From NCBI GenBank assembly GCA_009929695.1, contig RZZW01000011.1, positions 159-64,158 of the forward strand: DNA of 64,000 nt, in the 5' to 3' direction. The number at the start of each line of letters is the position of its first letter. Position 1 is the stretch's first letter. Origin of the DNA: Clostridia bacterium (GTDB lineage Bacteria > Bacillota > Clostridia > Oscillospirales > Ruminococcaceae). The notes below the pieces were generated by a model. That model had not been told where the DNA came from and did no database searches. It saw nothing but the letters and a program-made list of their open reading frames with translations. The position numbers were made by a program, and so were the translations under genes. Of this stretch, positions 47,266-55,846 are shown in pieces.

Positions 47266-49080
47266 ATGAGTATTTATAACAGCCGGGACACATTTTTCAA
47301 AACGCCGTTCGGCGCTGTGCGTTCGGGTGAAAAGGTTACTTTTACATTAGCGGTGCCAAAGGTTTTTGGCTGTAAAACGCCTTATATGATACTTAACAGG
47401 GACGGCGAAGCGCCGTCCCTGTTCCCGCTTCGGAGCGACGAAGGACATGTGGACAGCAGCACAGACGACTTTTTCACACTTGATTTTGAAGCGCGCGAAA
47501 CGGGATTGTATTTTTACTATTTTGACCTTTACACCGACTACCGAAAGCTTTTCTGCGACGATTTGGGCGAGGCGTATATCACCAATGAAAACGGCACGCC
47601 GTGGCAGCTCACCGTGTACGACAAGCATTTTGAAACGCCGCAGCACCTCAAAGGCGGCGTTATTTATCAGATTTTCCCCGACCGCTTCTGCGAGGGCGTA
47701 AAGCACCGCGAAATGCCATATGCTGACCGCATTTACCGCGCGGACAAGGACGGCGAGCCGTATTTTTGGCCAAACGAGCAGCACGAGGGCTACCTCAATA
47801 TGGACTATTACGGCGGCGACCTCGAGGGTATACGCCAAAAGCTTGATTATCTTTCGTCGCTCGGCGTGACGTGCATTTACCTTAACCCAATATTTGAAGC
47901 GCACTCAAACCACCGTTACAACACGGCTGATTACATGAAAACCGACCCGCTGCTTGGCGACGAAGCCGACTTTTCACGTCTTTGCAAAGACGCAAAAGCG
48001 CATGGAATTGACATTATTCTCGACGGCGTGTTCAGCCACACGGGGTCTGACTCTGTATATTTTAACCGCGAAGGGCGTTATGAGGCTTGCGGGGCGTATC
48101 AGAGCGAACAGAGCATATACCGTAAATGGTACGATTTTTCGCCAAAATATGCCTGCGGTTACAGAAGCTGGTGGGGCTTTGAAACACTGCCGGAGGTGAA
48201 CGAGGAAAATGCCGACTTCCGCAAATTTATATGCGGCGATGGCGGCGTGATAGACCACTGGCTAAAGCTTGGCGCGTCGGGCTTCAGGCTTGACGTCGCA
48301 GACGAGTTGCCCGACGATTTCATTGAGGACATACGCAAGGCGGTGAAGCGCGGCGGCAGCGAAAAATACCTGCTGGGCGAGGTGTGGGAGGACGCGACCA
48401 CAAAATGGAGCTACGGCGTGCGCCGCACATATCTTTTGGGCAACGGGCTTGACGCCGTGATGAATTATCCGTTTAAAGAAGCCGTTTTGGCGTTTTTACA
48501 CACGCACAACGCGCGCCGGTTTGCAAGCGACGTAATGCGCATATGTGAAAATTATCCCGCGCCCGCGCTTAATGTTTTGATGAATTTTATGTCCACACAC
48601 GACACCGTGCGCGCGATAACAGCGCTTGCGGGCGAGCCTGTTGACGGACATAACCGCTACTGGCAGAGCGGCCGCACGCTCTCGCACGACGCATATGAGC
48701 GCGGCGTGAAGCTGCTGATTTTGGCATATGCGCTGACGTTTACACTGCCCGGAATACCGAGCATATATTACGGCGACGAAATAGCAATGCAGGGCTATAA
48801 AGACCCGTTTAACAGACGCTTTTTCGACTGGAACAGCGGCGAAAAGCGCGTTATAAACGTGATTAAAAAGCTGTCCACCGCGCGCAGCGAATGCAAAGCG
48901 TTTGAGGACGGCAGCATGAGATTTATCCGTTTTGACGGCGAAATAGTACATTTCGAGCGAGCCGCAAAAGGTCACAAAGCGGAAATCTGCGTCAACATGT
49001 CCCCTGTCTCCATAATCGAACCAATGCTAGGCAGCATGGTAAGAGTTGAAAGCCGAGGGTTTGAGATTAGGACGGAATGA
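47266..49080 (+). CDS. GH13 alpha-glucosidase/neopullulanase-like enzyme with an N-terminal beta-sandwich domain
   Basis: GH13 conserved regions are present: DGVFSHTG, GFRLDVADEL, LLGEVWED and FMSTHDTVR. YQIFPDRF lies upstream of them. Confidence 0.85.
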   Translation: MSIYNSRDTFFKTPFGAVRSGEKVTFTLAVPKVFGCKTPYMILNRDGEAPSLFPLRSDEGHVDSSTDDFFTLDFEARETGLYFYYFDLYTDYRKLFCDDLGEAYITNENGTPWQLTVYDKHFETPQHLKGGVIYQIFPDRFCEGVKHREMPYADRIYRADKDGEPYFWPNEQHEGYLNMDYYGGDLEGIRQKLDYLSSLGVTCIYLNPIFEAHSNHRYNTADYMKTDPLLGDEADFSRLCKDAKAHGIDIILDGVFSHTGSDSVYFNREGRYEACGAYQSEQSIYRKWYDFSPKYACGYRSWWGFETLPEVNEENADFRKFICGDGGVIDHWLKLGASGFRLDVADELPDDFIEDIRKAVKRGGSEKYLLGEVWEDATTKWSYGVRRTYLLGNGLDAVMNYPFKEAVLAFLHTHNARRFASDVMRICENYPAPALNVLMNFMSTHDTVRAITALAGEPVDGHNRYWQSGRTLSHDAYERGVKLLILAYALTFTLPGIPSIYYGDEIAMQGYKDPFNRRFFDWNSGEKRVINVIKKLSTARSECKAFEDGSMRFIRFDGEIVHFERAAKGHKAEICVNMSPVSIIEPMLGSMVRVESRGFEIRTE

Positions 49081-49114
49081 AACGCGCTGCGACGCGAGTG
49101 AAGAGTATTTCACA

Positions 49115-49302
49115 CCGTAGGGCGGGGGCTTGCTCCCGCCGAAAATTACGGTTTACGGTCGCAACGGCGGGAGCAAGCCCCCGCCCTACGGTGCACGTTG
49201 TAAAATTGCGGAGACGGATACGGGACGGGAAACCCGTCCCCTACAATGCACATTGCGAATGTGTGTGAACCAATGCGGAGCGACGAGGGCGTCGCTCCCT
49301 AC
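49115..49302. repeat. Family E REPIN-like doublet plus two GTAGGG-type hairpins
   Basis: Doublet 49115-49140 / 49167-49191. Hairpins gggacgggaaacccgtcccctaca (49222-49245) and cggagcgacgagggcgtcgctccctacg (49275-49302). Confidence 0.9.
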
Positions 49303-49580
49303 GATGCACGTTGTAAAAAATAGCGTGTGCACAAAAAAATGAATAATATTAAGCATTTGCGAGTATTCGCGAGCATACGCTTGTATATGAAAGCTATGCG
49401 CGCCAAAGCGCCCCGTGTATGTGGGGTATGCGGCAGTGAGTAGGTTTGTGAAATCGGGTTCTAAGGGGTAAAATCGGCTCAAATCGGCTTTTTTAGATGT
49501 TTGCCGTTTTTGCAAGGTTCTGTTATGATATATATGTCGACAATACATCGGCTGTATACAGTCGAGAAAGGCAGGACACC

Positions 49581-50027
49581 ATGTATATTTCATTTTTATT
49601 TATTGTTTGGATAGGCTTAACGATCCTGTTCGCGGTTGTAGAGGCGGCGACAGTCTCTCTTGTGAGTATATGGTTTGTGGGCGGCAGCGTCGCGGCGCTT
49701 ATTGCGTCGGCGTTTACAAGCTCACTTGGCATACAAATCGGCGTATTTATAATAGTGAGCGCACTGCTTTTGCTTTTGACGCGCCCGCTGATTATAAAAA
49801 AGCTTTCGCCTAAAACTGTGCATACTAATGTGGGCATAAATATCGGCAGACGCGCGACAGTTATCGAGGCCATTACACCCGAAAAGGCAGGCCGAGTGAA
49901 GCTTGACGGCGTAGACTGGCGCGCGAGCTGCGACACTGCGCTTGACGTTGGCGAGGGCTGCATAGTGCACGCCGTCAACGGCACAACACTTGACGTTACA
50001 CCCGAAAAGCAAACCGAAAAGGCTTAA
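49581..50027 (+). CDS. NfeD-family membrane protein
   Basis: Three N-terminal TM helices and a C-terminal OB-like domain (GRVKLDGVDWRA). Immediately upstream of the SPFH gene. Confidence 0.8.
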   Translation: MYISFLFIVWIGLTILFAVVEAATVSLVSIWFVGGSVAALIASAFTSSLGIQIGVFIIVSALLLLLTRPLIIKKLSPKTVHTNVGINIGRRATVIEAITPEKAGRVKLDGVDWRASCDTALDVGEGCIVHAVNGTTLDVTPEKQTEKA

Positions 50028-50044
50028 AATAAAGGAGGAACATT

Positions 50045-50938
50045 ATGCTTATCGTATTTCTTGTATTAATTCTGCTTATCGTCTTAATTGTTATCACAAA
50101 CCTGCACATCGTGCCGCAGGCGACAGCATACGTAGTTGAGCTCATGGGCAAATACTACACCACATGGGAGGCGGGCGTACATTTTAAAGTGCCGTTTTTC
50201 TCTCGCGTTGCGAAAAAGGTTTCGCTTAAAGAGCAGGTTGTCGATTTTAAACCGCAGCCTGTTATCACACGCGATAACGTAACAATGCAGATAGACACCG
50301 TCGTATTTTTCCAGGTGACGGACTCAAAGCTGTTCACATACGGTGTTGAGCGCCCGCTTTCTGCCATTGAAAATTTGTCGGCGACAACACTGCGCAACAT
50401 CATCGGTGACATGGAGCTTGACCACACGCTGACAAGCCGTGACACCATCAACACAAAAATCACCGCAACGCTCGACGAAGCCACAGACCGCTGGGGCATC
50501 AAGGTAAACCGCGTTGAGGTGAAGAACATCATTCCGCCGCGCGAAATTCAAGACGCGATGGAAAAGCAGATGAAGGCAGAGCGCGAGCGCCGCGAGAGCA
50601 TTCTGCGCGCCGAGGGCGAAAAGCGCAGCGCGATACTTGTCGCCGAGGGCGAAAAAGAGAGCGCAATCCTGCGTGCAGACGCTGTGCGCGAGCAGCGCAT
50701 CCGTGAAGCCGAGGGTGAAGCGAAGGCTATCCTGGCAGTTCAGCAGGCACAGGCAGACGGCATAAAGCTGCTAAACGCAGCCGCGCCGACAGCACAGGTG
50801 CTTACAATAAAGAGCCTTGAAGCCCTGCAAAAGGTGGCTGACGGCAAGAGCACAAAGATGATTATCCCCACAGAGCTAGCAAGCCTCGGCGGCTTAGTTG
50901 CAAGCGTAAAAGAGCTTGCGACGGAGCCTAAGGCTTAA
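50045..50938 (+). CDS. SPFH/band 7 (stomatin/slipin-like) protein
   Basis: N-terminal TM segment, an SPFH core and an EAEGEAKA-type coiled coil. RBS AGGAGG. Confidence 0.9.
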   Translation: MLIVFLVLILLIVLIVITNLHIVPQATAYVVELMGKYYTTWEAGVHFKVPFFSRVAKKVSLKEQVVDFKPQPVITRDNVTMQIDTVVFFQVTDSKLFTYGVERPLSAIENLSATTLRNIIGDMELDHTLTSRDTINTKITATLDEATDRWGIKVNRVEVKNIIPPREIQDAMEKQMKAERERRESILRAEGEKRSAILVAEGEKESAILRADAVREQRIREAEGEAKAILAVQQAQADGIKLLNAAAPTAQVLTIKSLEALQKVADGKSTKMIIPTELASLGGLVASVKELATEPKA

Positions 50939-51136
50939 AAGAAAAAAGAAGATAGAAGATAGAAAAATTGAGGAGTTACCGCTTTGCGGTAACTCCTTTG
51001 TCATTCTGAGCGAAGCGAAGAATCTTTTGCACATTGCCATAGGTTTTAAGATTCTTCGTCGCTTCGCTCCTCAGAATGACACATACTTGAAGGTGTGAGG
51101 TATATATGCAACAATCGCGCCTTCTTTTTTCTTTCA
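50939..51136. repeat. Composite nested palindrome with a family A core
   Basis: Polypurine arm 50939-50970, hairpin ggagttaccgctttgcggtaactcc, family A arms 51000-51024 / 51050-51078, and pyrimidine arm 51119-51136. Confidence 0.85.
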
Positions 51137-51224
51137 ATTGTTTTTCAATAAACAGTGTAAAATTTTACTTTTATGTGCTAAAATGTTGAGTAGAAATACT
51201 TCTTGTTTCGAGAGGAGAAACGTC

Positions 51225-52275
51225 ATGAAGCTTAACAACAAACGCACTGTGCTCGTGGGGCTTGCCTTTATGTCTATTTGCGCATTTTGGCAGGTGTACG
51301 ACAACGTAATTCCGCTTATTTTGAAAAACACTTTTCATGTAGACGACAGCCTTATCGGTGTTGTGATGGCGCTTGACAACGTTTTGGCGCTGTTTATGCT
51401 GCCGATTTTCGGCAAATTGTCCGACAGCACGCGCACGAAAATCGGCAGGCGTATGCCGTATATCGTCGGCGGCAGCATAATTGCGATACTCTGCCTTGTG
51501 CTTTTGCCGACGGCGGAGAAAACGAACAACGAAGTGCTTTTCTTTGTCGGCTTGGGGCTTGTGCTGATTGCTATGGCTACATACCGCTCACCCGCCGTTG
51601 CGCTTATGCCGGACGTCACGCCAAAGCCGCTGCGCAGCAAGGGCAACGCCATCATAAACCTGATGGGCGCTGTGGGCGGCATGCTTATGCTCATGGCGAT
51701 GTCGCTGTTCCCTGTCACGGGTGACGCGCCGAATTATGCGGCGGTGTTTGCCATTTTGGGCGCTGTGATGGCGCTTTGTGTGGCTGAAGGGCAACTTTGC
51801 AATGGTGCTCATGGTGTGCACCGCCGCCGCGATTGTGGCGTATATTCCTGTCGGCGTTATCGCGTCAAAAATTGGGCGCAAGCTGACTATTTTAATAGGT
51901 ATACTCATGCTTGGCGTGTCGTTCACCGCGGGCATTTTCTTCCACGAGGTGTCGCCGCTGCTCTACATTTTCTTTGCGTTTGCGGGCTTTGGGTGGGCCT
52001 TTATAAACGTGAACAGCTACCCGATGGTGGTCGAGCTATCGCAGGGCAGCGACGTTGGAAAATACACGGGTTACTACTATACAGTCAGCATGACGGCGCA
52101 GATAATCACGCCTATTGTGTCGGGCTTTTTGATGGGGCACGTAGGCTACCGCACGCTGTTTCCCTACGCGGCGTTTTTCGTATTTGCAAGCTTTGTGACG
52201 ATGCTTTTTGTAAAGCACGGCGACGCAAAGCCGAGCGCGAAAAAGGGGTTAGAAGCGCTTGATGTTGATGATTAA
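51225..52275 (+). pseudogene. MFS transporter with a frameshift between the two six-helix halves
   Basis: Frame A (MKLNNKRTVLVGLAF...AILGAVMALC) loses membrane-protein character after about 51780. Frame B (WLKGNFAMVLMVCTAAAIVAY...) continues to 52275. The switch lies in ctttgtgtggctg (51774-51786). Confidence 0.75.
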
Positions 52276-52288
52276 GTGGATGGTGGTT

Positions 52289-52393
52289 TCACCTCATCAG
52301 TCGCCTGCGGGCGACAGCTTCCCCTCAAGAGGAAGCCTTTAAAGCCTTCTCCCTTTGGGAGAAGGTGTCGCGCGAAGCGTGACGGATGAGGGT
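52289..52393. repeat. Family D multi-hairpin element
   Basis: tcacctcatcagtcgcctgcgggcgac...ccttctccctttgggagaagg...gacggatgaggg. Same orientation as 22456-22562. Confidence 0.9.
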
Positions 52394-52403
52394 AAATTCC
52401 CCA

Positions 52404-52432
52404 TTGACTTTTCTAGCATTTTATCCTATAAT
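52404..52432 (+). promoter_or_regulatory. Consensus sigma-70 promoter upstream of prfC
   Basis: TTGACT (52404-52409), a 17-nt spacer, then TATAAT (52427-52432). Confidence 0.6.
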
Positions 52433-52464
52433 TAGTTGTTAAACATTATCTATCGGAGGAACTT

Positions 52465-54066
52465 GTGAGCGAATTTATTGAAGAGATTGACAAGCGCCGC
52501 ACGTTTGCGATAATATCGCATCCTGACGCGGGCAAAACAACGCTGACTGAAAAGCTGCTGCTTTACGGCGGAGCTATTCAGCAGGCGGGTATAGTTAAGG
52601 GCAAAAAGGGCGCAAGAGCCGCTGTGTCCGACTGGATGGAGATTGAAAAGCAGCGCGGAATTTCGGTTACGTCGTCCGTAATGCAGTTCAATTACGACGG
52701 TTTTTGCATAAATATCCTAGACACGCCCGGACATCAGGACTTCTCGGAGGACACCTACCGCACGCTTATGGCGGCGGACAGCGCCGTGATGGTCATCGAC
52801 GCGGCAAAGGGTGTTGAGACGCAGACAATCAAGCTTTTCAAGGTTTGCACAATGCGTCATATCCCCATTTTTACGTTTATAAACAAGATGGACCGCGAGG
52901 CGCAAAGCCCATTTGAGCTGCTAGAGGACATCGAGCGCGTGCTCGGCATCGAGACATATCCGATGAACTGGCCTATCGGCTGCGGCAAGGAGTTTAAGGG
53001 CGTTTATGACCGCCGCGAGGGCGAGATTATCGCGTTTGAGCAGGTTGGCAAGACAGGTCAGCAGCAGGTTAAATCAATTGAGGCGAAGCTTGGCGACGAA
53101 AACCTCGACGAGCTTTTGACGCAGCCTTTGCATCAGACGCTTGTTGACGACATTGAGCTGCTTGACGGCGCGGCGTATGATTTTGACACGGATAAAATCG
53201 GCGCGGGCAAGCTTACGCCTGTGTTTTTCGGCAGTGCGCTGACGAATTTCGGCGTTGAGCCGTTTCTTGAAAACTTTTTACAGCTGACAACCTCCCCGAA
53301 AGCACGCACCTCGTCTATCGGCGTTATTGAACCGAAAAGCGACTTTTTCTCGGGATTTGTGTTTAAAATACAGGCCAACATGAACAAGGCGCACCGTGAC
53401 CGCATTGCGTTTATACGCATTTGCAGCGGCAAATTTGAGCGCGGCATGGACGTTTTGCATGTGCAGAGCGGCAAAAAAATAAAGCTTGCGCAGAGCACAC
53501 AGCTTATGGCAAGCGAGCGAGAAATTGTGGACGAGGCATACGCGGGCGATATCGTCGGCTTGTTTGACCCGGGCATTTTCTCGATTGGCGACACGCTGAC
53601 GACATCTAAAGAGGTGTTTGAATACGAGGGCATACCGACGTTTGCGCCGGAGCATTTCGCGCGTGTATCGCAGGTGGACACCATGAAGCGCAAGCAGTTT
53701 GTCAAGGGCATGGAGCAGATTGCGCAGGAGGGTGCTATTCAGATTTTCAAAGAGCTTGGCGGCGGCATGGAAGAGGTCATTGTGGGCGTTGTCGGCGTTT
53801 TGCAGCTTGAGGTGCTTGAATATCGCCTTAATAATGAATACAATGTTGAAATTCGTATGCAAAACCTTCCGTATTCGAGCATTCGCTGGATAGACAACAC
53901 GCTTACAGACCCCGACTACGACGTTAAGGCACTGAGCCTGACAAGCGACACAAAGCGCGTAGAGGACTTCAAAAACCGCAAGCTTCTGCTTTTCACAAGC
54001 CCGTGGAACATCACGTGGGCTGAGGAGCATAACGAAGGGCTGCTGCTTTCGGAAGTGGGCAAATAA
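52465..54066 (+). CDS. prfC: Peptide chain release factor 3
   Basis: GTPase motifs AIISHPDAGKTT, DTPGHQDF and NKMD, with RF3 length. GTG start preceded by GGAGGA. Confidence 0.9.
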   Translation: MSEFIEEIDKRRTFAIISHPDAGKTTLTEKLLLYGGAIQQAGIVKGKKGARAAVSDWMEIEKQRGISVTSSVMQFNYDGFCINILDTPGHQDFSEDTYRTLMAADSAVMVIDAAKGVETQTIKLFKVCTMRHIPIFTFINKMDREAQSPFELLEDIERVLGIETYPMNWPIGCGKEFKGVYDRREGEIIAFEQVGKTGQQQVKSIEAKLGDENLDELLTQPLHQTLVDDIELLDGAAYDFDTDKIGAGKLTPVFFGSALTNFGVEPFLENFLQLTTSPKARTSSIGVIEPKSDFFSGFVFKIQANMNKAHRDRIAFIRICSGKFERGMDVLHVQSGKKIKLAQSTQLMASEREIVDEAYAGDIVGLFDPGIFSIGDTLTTSKEVFEYEGIPTFAPEHFARVSQVDTMKRKQFVKGMEQIAQEGAIQIFKELGGGMEEVIVGVVGVLQLEVLEYRLNNEYNVEIRMQNLPYSSIRWIDNTLTDPDYDVKALSLTSDTKRVEDFKNRKLLLFTSPWNITWAEEHNEGLLLSEVGK

Positions 54067-54287
54067 ATAAAGAGAAAAAATAAGATAGAAGAAAGAAGAA
54101 GTAATGAGTTACGGCTGCGCCGTAACATTCTAATGATTTGTGACCATGCTGTCATTCTGAGCAACGCGAAGAATCTTTAAACCGTAGAAATGCGCAAAAG
54201 ATTCTTCGCTTCGCTCAGAATGACAAAATGGTTGTTTCATTAGAATGTGATTGCAACGCAATCACACATTACTTCTTCTTTCTTCTT
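54067..54287. repeat. About 220-bp multi-layer nested palindrome between convergent prfC and trmB
   Basis: Perfect 20-bp outer inverted repeat agaagaaagaagaagtaatg (54087-54106) / cattacttcttctttcttct (54267-54286). Hairpins gttacggctgcgccgtaac and gtgattgcaacgcaatcac. Inverted repeat acattctaatga / tcattagaatgt. Family A arms 54151-54175 / 54200-54224. Confidence 0.9.
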
Positions 54288-54992
54288 TTATATGATTTCT
54301 TTCGCAACATCTTGTGCATCGTCGGGTTTTGCAACTTTCTTTGCTATAAGCGCCTTTGTTGGTATTCCCTTTTCGGTGAACATTTGTTCGTGTTCGGTGC
54401 GGATATTCCATTCCGGCTCGTTTTGGTGGAGGTCGCGGGTTTGCCAGGTGATTTCAAAGCCGGCGGCGGGGAGGTAGCGCAGGGTGTCGTTAAAAAGCTC
54501 TTCCTCGTCGCATTTGAAATATATTTCGCCGCCGTCTGACAAAAATTCGCGGTACTGCAAAAGCTGGCGCGGGTGGGTAAGGCGGTGCTTTGTGTGATTT
54601 GCCTTGACGTTCCACGGGTTACAGAAATTTATGTAGATGCGCTCGACGGTGTCCGCTTCGCTCATCATATAGCGTATGCGTTCGATGTCGAACGTGGCTA
54701 TTTTCACGTTGTCTATCGGCAGATTTTTTTCAGCGTATGCCGCTTCGATATTGCGCTTTGCGAGCACGAGCACCTTGTCTGTCATATCAATGCCGAGGTA
54801 ATTTATATTTGGGTGAGCACTCGCAAGCTGTGCCAAAAAGCCGCCCTTACCGCAGCCAAGCTCTAAATGCATAGGCTGATTTGGGTGCGCAAAGCTTTGG
54901 TGCCAAATACCCCGCAGCTCGCGCGTGAAATCGTAAGCATACCCGCAAGCCTCAAGCTCCCCGCGAGCATATGGTTTAAAACGCATTCGCAT
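54288..54992 (-). CDS. trmB: tRNA (guanine-N7)-methyltransferase
   Basis: LELGCGKGGF SAM motif and a YINFCNPW (DPW-type) motif. ATG 54992 is preceded by GGAGA, and the ORF opens at TTG 55004. Confidence 0.85.
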   Translation of the reverse strand: MRMRFKPYARGELEACGYAYDFTRELRGIWHQSFAHPNQPMHLELGCGKGGFLAQLASAHPNINYLGIDMTDKVLVLAKRNIEAAYAEKNLPIDNVKIATFDIERIRYMMSEADTVERIYINFCNPWNVKANHTKHRLTHPRQLLQYREFLSDGGEIYFKCDEEELFNDTLRYLPAAGFEITWQTRDLHQNEPEWNIRTEHEQMFTEKGIPTKALIAKKVAKPDDAQDVAKEII

Positions 54993-55017
54993 AGTTTTCT
55001 CCAAAATTTATGAATAG

Positions 55018-55093
55018 TGTAGGGCAAGGGCTCTGCTCTTGCCGTAGCCTACCGATATAGGTTGCGGCGGCAAGAGCAGAGCCCTTGCCCTGC
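55018..55093. repeat. REPIN-like inverted doublet
   Basis: tgtagggcaagggctctgctcttgccg (55018-55044) and cggcaagagcagagcccttgccctgc (55068-55093). Confidence 0.85.
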
Positions 55094-55100
55094 TGTTATT

Positions 55101-55616
55101 TTATTTCCCTGTCCATCTCTCGCCGTCATACCATATGGCTTTTTGGGCGGAAAGGCTTTTGGGGACGTCTAAAATTCTTTGGTTTTTGCTGCCTCTGAAG
55201 CGCAGGTCAAGGTTGCGTTTGCTTAAAACAAACTCTCCGTCGACAAGCACATCAAGGCTTTGAAGCAGCTTTTTTTGCGCGTCTGTGCCCGCTAAAAGCT
55301 CCTCAAATGTGTAGCCCGAATAGCTTGCGACCTCGTAGCCGTCTTTTTTTAAAAGTTCGGCAAGCTCGGCAAAGCCCTCCGCTTGGCTGAACGGCTCTCC
55401 GCCCGAAAGCGTGATGCCGCTCGCAAGCGGATTGTGCTTTACAGCGTCGTAAAGCTGCTGCACCGTCATGTCTGTGCCGGTGCCAAACGCGTGGCTTTGC
55501 GGGTTGTGGCAGCCCTCGCAGCGGCGGGGGCAGCCCTGTGCAAATATCGTCACGCGTATGCCCGGGCCGTCAACAATGGAGTCCTCAATAATGCCCGCAA
55601 TGTTTATCGTAGACAT
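55101..55616 (-). CDS. nrdG: Anaerobic ribonucleoside-triphosphate reductase activating protein (radical SAM)
   Basis: MSTINIAGIIEDSIVDGPGIRVTIFAQGCPRRCEGCHNP carries the CxxxCxxC-type cluster motif. ATG 55616 lies 1 nt after the stop of the small upstream ORF. Confidence 0.9.
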   Translation of the reverse strand: MSTINIAGIIEDSIVDGPGIRVTIFAQGCPRRCEGCHNPQSHAFGTGTDMTVQQLYDAVKHNPLASGITLSGGEPFSQAEGFAELAELLKKDGYEVASYSGYTFEELLAGTDAQKKLLQSLDVLVDGEFVLSKRNLDLRFRGSKNQRILDVPKSLSAQKAIWYDGERWTGK

Positions 55617-55617
55617 A

Positions 55618-55773
55618 TTACTTGGCAAGACCATGCTTTACGCGGTCATGCTCCTCTGACTTTTTGGCGTCGTTCCATTTGTCCATTGTGCCAACGAGGT
55701 AGCCTGTGATGCGGCGAATGCGCTCAAAGCCTACGCCGCTGCCTAATTTTTGTTCTTTTGATGTCATAACCAT
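55618..55773 (-). CDS. 51-aa peptide corresponding to the C-terminal glycyl-radical segment of NrdD
   Basis: Not in the ORF track because it is under 60 aa. Sequence MVMTSKEQKLGSGVGFERIRRITGYLVGTMDKWNDAKKSEEHDRVKHGLAK. RRITGY and the ...KK.EE..RVKH tail match the extreme C-terminus of class III RNRs. AGGAGG lies 10 nt upstream of the ATG. Confidence 0.75.
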   Translation of the reverse strand: MVMTSKEQKLGSGVGFERIRRITGYLVGTMDKWNDAKKSEEHDRVKHGLAK

Positions 55774-55846
55774 AATTGAATTTCCTCCTAATTGATATCT
55801 TATATTAATATTATACCATATTTGTTAATTATTCGCAACCACAAAA
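55768..55846. other. 79-bp AT-rich insert flanked by the 9-bp direct repeat TGATGTCAT (55759-55767 and 55847-55855)
   Basis: 18 G/C of 79 by hand count. On the minus strand it encodes FCGCE plus TAA, then TGGTATAAT (55818-55810), AGGAGG (55789-55784) and ATG (55773). Confidence 0.8.

Noticed and set aside
55768-55846. The nrdD insert could be a degenerate group I/II intron or an intein remnant.
   Set aside because: 79 bp is far too short for either. It has no intron-like conserved helices and no in-frame intein motifs. The 9-bp direct repeat points to an insertion or duplication event instead.
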